14,992 nucleotides of DNA, taken from contig NW_021825688.1 in NCBI RefSeq assembly GCF_006345805.1, positions 1-14,992 on the forward strand, written 5' to 3'. The position numbers were made by a program, and so were the translations under genes. The DNA comes from Octopus sinensis (taxonomy: Eukaryota). Under the pieces are notes generated by a model that worked only from the letters and a program-made list of their open reading frames with translations, ran no database searches and was not told the origin of the DNA. Positions 1 through 8,074 of this stretch are shown here, piece after piece (the stretch's first letter is position 1; each line of letters starts with the position of its first letter).

Positions 1-632
1 GTGTATGTGGTGAACAAATATGGCGAAGTATAGGAGACGTCGTGGAGTAAAAGGTTAGCTTCCGGTAAAGCGAGTCTGTAACTTAATTTAGATTTTTGAT
101 TGAAGTCAATTACCTCCAACATCGTTACTAATGTCATTGGGAGATTGCTTTGAAGTCATGGCGTCACAATTCCTCTTAACCTGTAAATTTATAAGGTCGT
201 GGCTGGGTGGAAGAGATAAATTATGTCAGAAAGTATAGACTGGCTGCACTGAATGAGGTACAAGTATTGGATTTCGATCCCTTGGGTTTTTCGTTCAGAT
301 CGCTTTGGTGGTTGATCTTGCTTTTTATCTTTTCGGAGGAGCTCTAATGAAAATGTTAAATTTTTGCATGGTGAGCAATTATAAAATTCCCGCCATGCCA
401 AGTCTAGTACAAAGTTTCGATTTCCAGCCGGGAACAACGCAAACTTTATTTATTATCAGTAATACGTTTCGATAAAAGCAGAACACAAGTTCACATCCTC
501 TTTTGCGAAAAGAAGAAGAAGAAAAAACAAAACAAAACAACAAAAACCATTGTTTTATAAGATATGCAAGAAACAGTCTGTAGTTCAGCTTCAGATCATT
601 GCCCTGATCGAGCAGATTCCACCAGGCACATA

Positions 633-855
633 TATTTCTTTACTACCCACAAGGGGCTAAACACAGAGGGGACAAACAAGGACAGACAAAGGGATTAAGT
701 CGATTACATCGACCCCAGTGCGTAACTGGTACTTAATTTATCGACCCCGAGAGGATGAAAGGCAAAGTCGACCTCGGCGGAATTTGAACTCGGAACGTAA
801 CGACAGACGAAAAATGGCTACGCATTTCGCCCGGCGTGCTAACGTTTCTGCCAGC
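633..855 (-). mobile_element. Near full-length tRNA-derived SINE (octopod type) with a perfect 15-bp target-site duplication
   Basis: The minus strand reads GCTGGCAGAAACGTTAGCACGCCGGGCG (A-box-like head), then GAGTTCAAATTCC (B box, plus 779-791), a central domain CTTTCATCCTCTCGGGGTCGATAAATTAAGTACCAG and a tail ending GTAAAGAAATA. TCCACCAGGCACATA flanks it identically at 618-632 and 856-870. The central domain recurs at 3934, 10879 and, diverged, at 14131. Confidence 0.93.
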
Positions 856-1398
856 TCCACCAGGCACATAACAGGTTGCCAACGGATCACATGCACCGGA
901 TAGTCCAATCACACACCTGTCTAGTTGAGAACCTTACTTCCGCAACCTGAAAGACAGCGGTTAACAGAATTTTTGTTTCCAAATTCAGACAACTTCATTG
1001 AAGATATGTTGCTAATACTCTTCACAACTCCTACCCGATATCCTATAAAACACTCAAGAGTACTCAGTGGAATTGAGATACCTTCCAGAGAACATACAAC
1101 TATACGTTGAGTGATTGACCTAAGAAGGATATAGACTTCATAATTCCTACCTGATATCCTGTAGAAAAAAAACAAACAAAAACAAAACATATAAATCTGT
1201 GTAAAGGAATGCATCCAGTATTTATTTTGTTGAACGCCCGAATGTAAGTTGAGAAAGTAGTATAAGACCTCTAGTCGTATGCACTGCAACCTCTCATCAA
1301 TACACGCGCTACCACCGTTTTCCTAATTAAAATGATGAAATGACAGCTACTTCCGGTACCCGAAATACAGTGATGGGTTGATGAAGGTTATAAGGAAA

Positions 1399-1513
1399 AT
1401 GATGATGATGATGATGATGATGATGACAGTGATGATGACGACGACGATGATGATGATGATGATGATGGATGATGATGATGATGATAAAGAAGATGATGAT
1501 GCAGATGGTTACC

Positions 1514-1588
<75 letters not shown>

Positions 1589-1813
1589 GTAATCGTAATG
1601 ACTATGATACTGAAAATTGCTTTAATGATGATGGTGAGTGTGGTAATGATGATGATGACGACGATGGTGATGGTGATGATGATGAGGTTGATGATGATTA
1701 TGTTGATGATGATGATGATGATTATGATGATGAGCTACATGAGCAAGAACACGAAAACGGTGATGGTGGTTATGTTGTTGTTGTTGTTGTTGGTGGTGAT
1801 GATGATGATGATG
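1399..1813 (+). repeat. Compound trinucleotide microsatellite, (GAT/ATG)n with GAC, GGT and GTT variants
   Basis: Directly visible tandem triplets. They produce the poly-Asp, poly-Met and poly-His ORFs in the track. Confidence 0.97.
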
Positions 1814-1870
1814 TTATTTATAATGTATTCGATCCACATACATAAGCGCATACATGCATACACACATTGA

Positions 1871-1914
1871 TACATACACACATACATACATACATACATA
1901 CATACATACATACA

Positions 1915-1950
<36 letters not shown>

Positions 1951-1951
1951 T
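1871..1951 (+). repeat. (CATA)n tetranucleotide microsatellite ending in (TA)n
   Basis: Directly visible tandem repeat. Confidence 0.97.
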
Positions 1952-2151
1952 AAAGGGAAAGTTTACGAAAATAAACAAAAGACGAAGGCAGGTGGAGTAC
2001 AAACAAACAAATGTATTAGTATAACGCTCAGGAATAGAAAAAGTCTTTTACGTGTCGAGCCTTTGCTCTTCTACAGAAAGGTACACAGAAAAAACAAGGA
2101 GAGAAAAAAATGTGTGTAGTGGCTAACGATCTATCATGGTGTCTGACTCGG
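1952..2151 (-). mobile_element. Penelope-like element terminal-repeat fragment carrying a degenerate hammerhead-like motif
   Basis: The minus strand at 2080-2045 reads CTTT-CTGTAGA-A-GAGC-AAAG-GCTC-GACAC-GTA-AAAG, the layout of minimal PLE hammerheads. The fragment is bounded by (TA)n on both sides, as PLE insertions often are. It also resembles a recurrent octopus repeat, recalled from memory. Confidence 0.6.
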
Positions 2152-2169
2152 ATATATATATATGCATGC

Positions 2170-2570
2170 GTATATATGCACACATACATGATGATTCACT
2201 CCATCTACACAAATGATTGCTGTGTCTTTGTGCTTCCTGGTTGCCAATAGCATGTCTGACTTTACATATCCTCTCAGAAGATTCTTCCCTCTAGTTGAAG
2301 ATCTGCATGCTTTGATGCATGTGTGACAGACGTAAGTTGTAACTTACTGTGCGCTTCCAACTGCTTAGGTCTGCACACGTTGCCGCACTTCCATCGTCAT
2401 AGGACTTTCAGTAGATGGAATGATGAATGAAGTCCTTACAAAGAGACATCTGTATATCATTGGATTGTAGTGATAAACGCTTGTACAACTCGAGTACCAA
2501 TTTCTGAGCCGCCGCGATAAGTACCTTGTGACAGGTCGAAGTGAAATGACCAGTGGTCACAGAAAACTGT
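2170..2570 (-). mobile_element. Highly degraded 3' end of an RTE-clade LINE
   Basis: Minus-strand fragments across frames give YRGGSEIGTR, *YTDVSL*GL, ATCADLSSWKRTV and ERICKVRH. These follow the order of the RTE C-terminal motifs LYGEL..G.R, RYKDVCKRDL, W..LA.DR..WR..V and a terminal C-x-H segment. Many stops and frameshifts. Confidence 0.45.
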
Positions 2571-2879
2571 AGATTTTACATCAGATTGACCCTTTCCTAG
2601 AATGATGCTATGACAATAGTTCGGGGTCCTTCACTCCTGGTGATTTTACTCCACGTCCTGATGCCAACGAAGTGTATTTCAGTGGCTCCCCTTTCAGATG
2701 GATTACTATATTAACTATGCTAGTTAACCCATAGTTGGGATGCTGATAGGAGCTACTACTACTGGACAGAGTAAACCAAGAACCAATAGCTGCCAATAGT
2801 TACAACCAAGCACCAATAGCGGCCAATATTTGGAACCTTGGAACTGCCGAAATAGAGCCAAACTACCATATGTAGTTTA

Positions 2880-3180
2880 AAGTTGTGCCCAGGATATACA
2901 TGCATACACGGTGGAAGAGAAATCGTGACCAAATAATACCATTTCCTAAACTCAGTAAGTCCGTGTAAACGTTCCGAGTCTAAGAAGCTCTTGTGCATGA
3001 ATTTGCTTTGAGTGGGTGAAGTGTTGCACAGCACTGAGTCCACTTCAGCCGAATTATCAGCTACAACACCAGTGGCGCAGCAGAGGCTGAGACGACTAGA
3101 AACCAACTGTACTTTACCTTTCGAGGAAGCTCTAACGAGAACTGAGGTCCTTCACTTCCAGCGGGCCACTTGCTATTCAG
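2880..3180 (+). mobile_element. Probable degraded Ty3/gypsy gag remnant
   Basis: Fragments in order EIVTK*YHFLNSV, VHEF...VAQH*VHF and QQRLRRLETNCTLPFEEALTRTEVL resemble gag motifs (VIAER.KF.NR.Q, EF.....LA.HC.F, IQRRLL.E..LTF..AL..A..LE). Frameshifted. No zinc knuckle, pol or LTR seen. Confidence 0.38.
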
Positions 3181-3312
3181 TCTATAGCCGGGACCCTGAC
3201 AAGTGCTACTACCTCGAGTCAGAGCAGAACTGGAAACAAAAGTGGCTAAGAGGTGGTTCCACAATCTCCAAAATCCTGGAACTCCCGAACCAGGGACCCC
3301 AGTATCGCTGGG

Positions 3313-3357
3313 CCTACCTATTACCTACCTACCTACATACCTACCTACCTACCTACT
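3313..3357 (+). repeat. (CCTA)n imperfect microsatellite
   Basis: Directly visible. Confidence 0.9.
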
Positions 3358-3375
3358 TGATCACGAGCAGGAGTT

Positions 3376-3713
3376 GTGAGGGAGCATCACAGCCATGTGT
3401 TAAGAGGGGATTCTTTGGGGTTTGAATAACTTACCTCTGGAAACATGAGTTTTTGGTTAATCAACCTTAATCGACTCTTATTCAGGGACCTTTTGAGCGG
3501 GATGGGCTACTCGACCAGAAGAAAATTCTAACTGGGATCCACCTGCAAGGCAATGCGCTGTTTATCTTGATATGAAATCACCATATCGTGCACATATGGT
3601 TGTGATTTGTGTGCTTGGTGTACCCTTATCAGACGGGTAGTCATGATGGGTATACTGAGCTTCATATATTTTACCCCAGTGTCACTTTGATGGCATGCAC
3701 TGCTCTCTCACTC
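3376..3713 (+). mobile_element. Interspersed non-LTR retroelement 3' end, family unassigned, running into an (AAT)n tail
   Basis: The non-coding body ends ...GGCATGCACTGCTCTCTCACTC and is followed directly by (AAT)n. It matches an abundant octopod repeat as I recall it; no second copy is present in the window to confirm this. Confidence 0.55.
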
Positions 3714-3749
3714 AATAATAATAATAATAATGATAACAACAACAACAGC

Positions 3750-3787
<38 letters not shown>

Positions 3788-3791
3788 TAAC

Positions 3792-3847
<56 letters not shown>

Positions 3848-3860
3848 TAATAATAATAAT
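3714..3860 (+). repeat. (AAT)n microsatellite with AAC and GAT variants
   Basis: Directly visible. It explains the poly-Asn and poly-Ile ORFs. Confidence 0.97.
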
Positions 3861-4020
3861 CCTTTCTATTATAGGTACAAGGCCTGAAATTTGGGGGAGG
3901 GGAATAATCGGTTACATCGACCTCATTATTTCACTGGTACTTAATTTATCGACTCCGAAAGGATGAAAATCAAATTCGACATCGGCAGTATTTGAACGTA
4001 GGACGTAGAGAGCCAGAACC
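3861..4020 (-). mobile_element. Diverged, 5'-eroded tRNA-derived SINE with the same central domain as 633-855 but a different 3' tail
   Basis: CTGGTACTTAATTTATCGAC at 3934-3953, a B-box remnant (plus GTATTTGAAC) and tail CCTTTCTATTATAGGTACAAGGCCTGAAATTTGGGGGAGGGG, which is shared with 10804-10850. Confidence 0.85.
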
Positions 4021-4594
4021 AATTTGTTAACCTCGGCCAAAAGAAAAAAAGAAAAAAAAAAGTTTATACTTAGTCTACAAATATATAGAAAGCAACAAAA
4101 TACGTCCATGATTGAAAATAAAAACTATAATTTGAAAACCATTTCTTCTACAACGTAGATTTCTTTATTGGAGGAATATATAACAATTTGTCTATTTGGA
4201 AGCTGAACATTGATAATCTTCAATTCTTTTGAAAAGGTAAAATGGTTTGATTTTATTTAACTCTTTTGAAATCGACAGTCAGTAAACATGAAGTAGTGAC
4301 TGATGTAATTTTAATATATCATGAAAGCGAAAGCTTCCAGAGTTGCTTTATTCATAGCAAATAAACGTTCGATTTTATGCTATATTGCACTAAAATTTTT
4401 ACTAAAAGCCAGGAAAAGTCTTATGCAAATAACCGAAAATAATTTATTCCAGGAGACGATCAATTACATACAGATTTGATTGCTAAACGGCTCGGTTATT
4501 GATGACGCTTAATCGGGTGACCTGTCAAATACTCCGATGGACAAGCCTGCCTCCGTGAAATATTTAGGTATGATTATAATAATAATAATAATGT

Positions 4595-4928
4595 GAAGGC
4601 GCAGGGCTCAGGGGTTAGAGCGTCGAGCTTACGATCGTGAGGTTGTGAGTTCGAATCACGGATCGGGCTGCGTGTTGTGTTCTTGAGCAAGACACTTTAT
4701 TTCACGCTGCTCCAGTTCACTCAGCTGTAGAAATGAGTTGCGACGTCACAGGTGCTAAGCTGTATTTGCTGTTGCATTTCCCTTGGATAACACTGGTGGC
4801 GTGGAGAGGGGAGACCGGTATGCATGGGTGAATGCTGGTCTTCCATAAGCAACCTTGCCCGGACTTGTGCCTGGGAGGGTAACTTTCTAGGTGCAATCCC
4901 ACAATCAGTCATGACCGAAGGGGGTCTC
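4595..4928 (+). mobile_element. Full-length tRNA-derived CORE-type SINE (OR1/OR2-like)
   Basis: A box GGGCTCAGGGGTTAGAG (4604-4620) and B box GAGTTCGAATC (4647-4657). GTGTTCTTGAGCAAGACACTTT...CAGTTCACTCAGCTGTAGAAATG (4677-4736) aligns with the CORE/MIR consensus GTGACCTTGGGCAAGTCACTT...CAGTTTCCTCATCTGTAAAATG. An 11-bp direct repeat AGGTATGATTA lies at 4566-4576 and 4930-4940. Confidence 0.88.
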
Positions 4929-4929
4929 A

Positions 4930-5174
4930 AGGTATGATTAAAAACATTCAGACAAATACATAACCAAAACACCTGAACTTACAGATGTATATAACATACA
5001 GAAAATAGAACTAATAGACACCGCATACATCCTACGTAAAGCACTTTCAAAGCAGTGAAAATTAGAACACCGCAACAGACCACAGCACATACCCAAGGCA
5101 CACAGAGCTGCGCTCGATAACGCAGTGAAAGCATGTGATAAAAATAGGACTACTGAATAATAATAATAATAATA
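4930..5174 (+). mobile_element. 5'-truncated R4/Dong-like RLE non-LTR retrotransposon 3' end with (AAT)n tail
   Basis: GMI (1-nt slip) KHSDKYITKTPELTDVYNIQKIELIDTAYILRKALSKQ*, stop at 5056-5058, matches the R4/Dong C-terminus (LG.I...IQK.ALLGTA.ILRK.L). About 100 bp of 3' UTR follows, then (AAT)n at 5156-5174. Confidence 0.8.
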
Positions 5175-5410
5175 AAAGATAGAAATCAAAAGTTAAAAAC
5201 AATGGAATATAATAAAGTTAAGTAAGATTATCGAAAGACGAGCAGTTGAAAATGGTAAAGAATATCTGAAGAATAATAAACGATAAGAGATAGGAAGCAA
5301 CAAGTTAAGCAGCAGGATATTCTTCGGGTAAGAGAAGTTGTCGAGCTTTTTCTTATCTGCATAAATAAACATTGGATTATAAACTAAAAACAATCAACGG
5401 CTCGGTGTAT

Positions 5411-5421
5411 ACACACACACA

Positions 5422-5468
<47 letters not shown>

Positions 5469-5520
5469 ACACACACACACACATACACACACACACACAA
5501 ACGCACAGACGCACACACAC
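5411..5520 (+). repeat. (CA)n microsatellite
   Basis: Directly visible. Confidence 0.97.
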
Positions 5521-5533
5521 TTATATATACATA

Positions 5534-5741
5534 CGAGTGGGGTACTGAAAAGGTCTTTCATTTAAGAATACCACAAACGGCCAGATTGGAGGCCCAGCCT
5601 TCCGAATCTATTACAAGGCTTAGAAAATTTGAGGGATCGCGTGAAAAAGTTTGTGAATCTGAGAGAGTTTGATAGAATAATAATTAGCTGATCCTCTTGT
5701 ATTTTCTTTTACCCACAGCCAGGGACTTTTCTGTACCCCTC
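5534..5741 (+). mobile_element. Internally deleted mariner element (MITE) with imperfect terminal inverted repeats
   Basis: The left end follows TA (5532-5533) and reads CGAGTGGGGTACTGAAAAGGTC. The right end GACTTTTCTGTACCCCTC is its near reverse complement. The interior encodes LQGLENLRDRVKKFVNLR, like the mariner transposase C-terminus (G+..L..R..KC+.L.G.Y+E). Confidence 0.75.
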
Positions 5742-5753
5742 CTCCTCTCTCTC

Positions 5754-5757
<4 letters not shown>

Positions 5758-5812
<55 letters not shown>
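5758..5812 (+). repeat. (TA)n microsatellite
   Basis: Directly visible. Confidence 0.97.
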
Positions 5813-5818
<6 letters not shown>

Positions 5819-6169
5819 GTTGTAAGGATAAAATAATTCAGGAGAAAATATTTGCGAAGATATTATTGATTCTGTTATTATCTAGTGTAACAATTAAAAA
5901 TGATAACGTGTGCTGAGGAAGGTGAAGCTATAATGCCAGTTCAGGAACCGGTCCACGTGAGTCCAAATACTTGAATGTATGTTGAGAGATTGTCTTAGCT
6001 CGTTTGCTCACAGATGGTTGATTTCTGTAGTTATTATCAGTGTATTTTCGGCGATTTAAATAAGAATTCCAGCAGGTAGACATACTTAGTATGCCCTTTG
6101 ATTAATTGTGTATATACATAATATATACATACAATTATATATATATACATACTTACATATATATATATA

Positions 6170-6630
6170 TCTTTGAAAAAACTCTTAGCAAATGCCAAAG
6201 TTCACACACCGCATCCACCCCCATCAATTAAAAAAATATTCACGCTCTAACTGTGGTATCTGCCCCTTCCTATTTGAAGGCTCTGAATTTACTTTCAAAC
6301 AAGGAACAAAGTTTAAAATCAAGACCAACTTCTTCCTGTTCCTCCGAGAACCTCATCTACGTTCTTACATGCGCCGGTTGCCAACACAATTATGTCGGAC
6401 AAACGAGCCTCCCTTTACGCAGAAGAGTAGCAGTCCATAAACAACAGTTCAACCTCCCACAATACCGTCAAATTCCACTCAGTAGCCACATAGACTCTTG
6501 CGCGAGAAATAAAAATCTCAAATTTCATATATTCCCTTTCTATCAATGTAAAGACAGAATCTCTACACAAGAAAGAATCAACAAGGAGAATCTTTTTATT
6601 GAAAAATTCCAAAACGCTTCTTAGTATGCA
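6170..6630 (+). pseudogene. Penelope-like element GIY-YIG endonuclease C-terminal fragment, frameshifted and 5'-truncated
   Basis: Correcting two +1 frameshifts (poly-A near 6230-6237; near 6333) gives LKKLLANAKVHTPHPPPSIKK/YSRSNCGICPFLFEGSEFTFKQGTKFKIKTNF/SCSSENLIYVLTCAGCQHNYVGQTSLPLRRRVAVHKQQ...ERINKENLFIEKF. This is the PLE linker CxxC, LIY-x10-YVG, R..EH-type and E..FI motif set. No RT region is present. Confidence 0.92.
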
Positions 6631-7190
6631 AGCCTCACGGTGACCATATTCCTTTTTCTAGCATCCTGTTTGACAAAAAATCCAGCATTCCAATTAAAGA
6701 GCATAAAATCCACAGAATTGTCTCCCCTTATTCACAGGAACTGCATAACTCCCACCCATTTCCTTTTTCGACACACAAACACCCAACCTTTTCAAACAAA
6801 ACACTACACTTAAACACATACATCCTAATCCTCCAAAGAAGCTTTTCCATGGACTAATATTGGACTCTAAAGCATAAAGACACTACAATGTATTGGTATA
6901 CTTATTTATTAATTTTTGTATATTTGTATTATTATTTTGCAAAAAACATTGTAAATTTCTTTTTTCACCTTCCTCAATTAAAAAAAAAAAATTCCCCTTC
7001 CAAATCTTGAAAATTTGCCTTGCCATGAGGGCCGGTTTGATTTATCATTTTTTCTTTTTTAAGTTTTCAGACATCTATTTTTATTAAAATTTACTTTCAA
7101 TTTAGCATTCTGCCTTATTATTTTTTCCTCTCCTATCATTTCTCCTCATGCGGTTAACACAACCCCACATTTTACTGACTTATATATATG
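6631..7190 (+). mobile_element. Probable 3' untranslated portion of the same Penelope element
   Basis: Non-microsatellite C/T-rich sequence contiguous with the GIY-YIG frame, ending at a (TA)/(TG) patch. The boundary is inferred. Confidence 0.4.
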
Positions 7191-7320
7191 TCTGCGTGTG
7201 TGCGTGTGGGAGGGAGAGAGGAAAGAGAAGAAGAGGGATAAACCTTTGAAAAGAATGGAAGAATTTGCACCGTTTGAAATAAAAGTTGTCCTTACGAAAA
7301 ATAAAGATAAATGCCAAAGG

Positions 7321-7388
7321 TCTATCTATCTGTCTATGTATGTATGTATGTATGTATGTATGTATGTATGTATCTATCTATGTATCTA

Positions 7389-7447
<59 letters not shown>

Positions 7448-7477
7448 GTATACACACACACACATATATATACAGAA

Positions 7478-7519
<42 letters not shown>

Positions 7520-7590
7520 AGGGATATGAAGAATTAGATAGATAGATAAGGAGAGAGAGGAAGAGATTTAGGAGGGAGAGAGAAGGAGAG
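7321..7590 (+). repeat. Compound microsatellite (TATC)/(TATG)/(CA)/(GA)n
   Basis: Directly visible. Confidence 0.95.
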
Positions 7591-7726
7591 AAAGTGAGTG
7601 ACATGCATTTTGTAAGTACAACTTTAACGGAGCGTATACCGGGAAACGAGCTTAAGTACTGTTACACGGCATGCTCTAAATTTTTCCTTTCTCTTTTTCT
7701 TTTTCAGACATATCAACTACACCAAC

Positions 7727-8068
7727 ATGGCAGATTCCTATCTGACACAGGAAATCAAAAAGTGCGCCATACTCGTAGCTCTGGTGCCGAACAATAGCAA
7801 CTCGGATATCGCCTGGTACTTGAACGTAGTTATTTTGGTTCTCTGGTTCAAGGTTGAGAAAGAGCTAGAGGCTTCCGGGGAAGCGAAACACAAGCATTTT
7901 CAAATGTCGTAAGCTATCAAGATGGCTGATTTCTTCATGAAGGTCAAGGATATCATCGACGGCAACACTAGAGGGTCATTGAAAGACATCAGCAAGCAGC
8001 TCGAAGCAATGAAGTCCAATATCGGTGATGTGGTGCAGAGAAAGAAGCTTATGACCCACTGTTCATAA
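7727..8068 (+). pseudogene. Tc1/mariner-superfamily transposase N-terminal (DNA-binding) fragment, probably maT/DD37D-type
   Basis: MADSYLTQEIKKCAILVAL...SDIAWYLNV...FKVEKELEASG.AKHKH..S*AIK..DF..KVKDIIDGN...SLKDISKQL....SNIGDVV follows the paired/homeo-like HTH region of maT-type transposases. There is an in-frame TAA at 7910-7912, and the frame is truncated before the DDD domain by a (CATA)n array. A strong splice acceptor (TTTTTCTTTTTCAG, ending 7707) sits just upstream of the ATG. Confidence 0.8.
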
Positions 8069-8074
8069 GCACAT

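Noticed and set aside
189-437. 82-aa minus-strand ORF with a faint kinase-like YLYLIQC stretch
   Set aside because: It has no other kinase motifs, a non-ATG start and no convincing splice pair. Chance similarity is more likely.
560-935. The reconstructed SINE empty site reads DRCVIGLSGACDPLATCYVPGGIC on the minus strand, vaguely EGF-like
   Set aside because: The cysteine spacing is incomplete, stops bound it on both sides, and no suitable acceptor is in frame.
1015-1044. GYRVGVVK resembles the MSH3 motif GYKVGVVKQ
   Set aside because: The conserved Q and the following TETAALK are absent, and no other MutS sequence is present.
1378-1845. 155-aa poly-Met/poly-Asp ORF suggesting an acidic biomineralisation protein
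   Set aside because: It is entirely a GAT microsatellite. Single substitutions in GAT cannot create stops, so an open frame is expected. There is no signal peptide or splice context.
4595-4670. tRNA-like heads here and at 779-855 and 10300-10370 as tRNA genes
   Set aside because: They have A and B boxes but no complete cloverleaf, and they continue into SINE bodies.
5200-5280. KIIERRAVENGKEYL resembles the start of a chromodomain
   Set aside because: It lacks the following KW motif and ends in a stop, with no supporting context.
4486-5406. 11-bp direct repeat AACGGCTCGGT at 4486 and 5396 as a TSD for a larger unit
   Set aside because: Neither copy abuts a recognisable element end, and one 11-mer match within 1 kb is plausible by chance.
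7015-7050. GCCATGAGGGCC in the Penelope 3' region as a hammerhead
   Set aside because: No CTGA core and no paired stem followed by GAAA.
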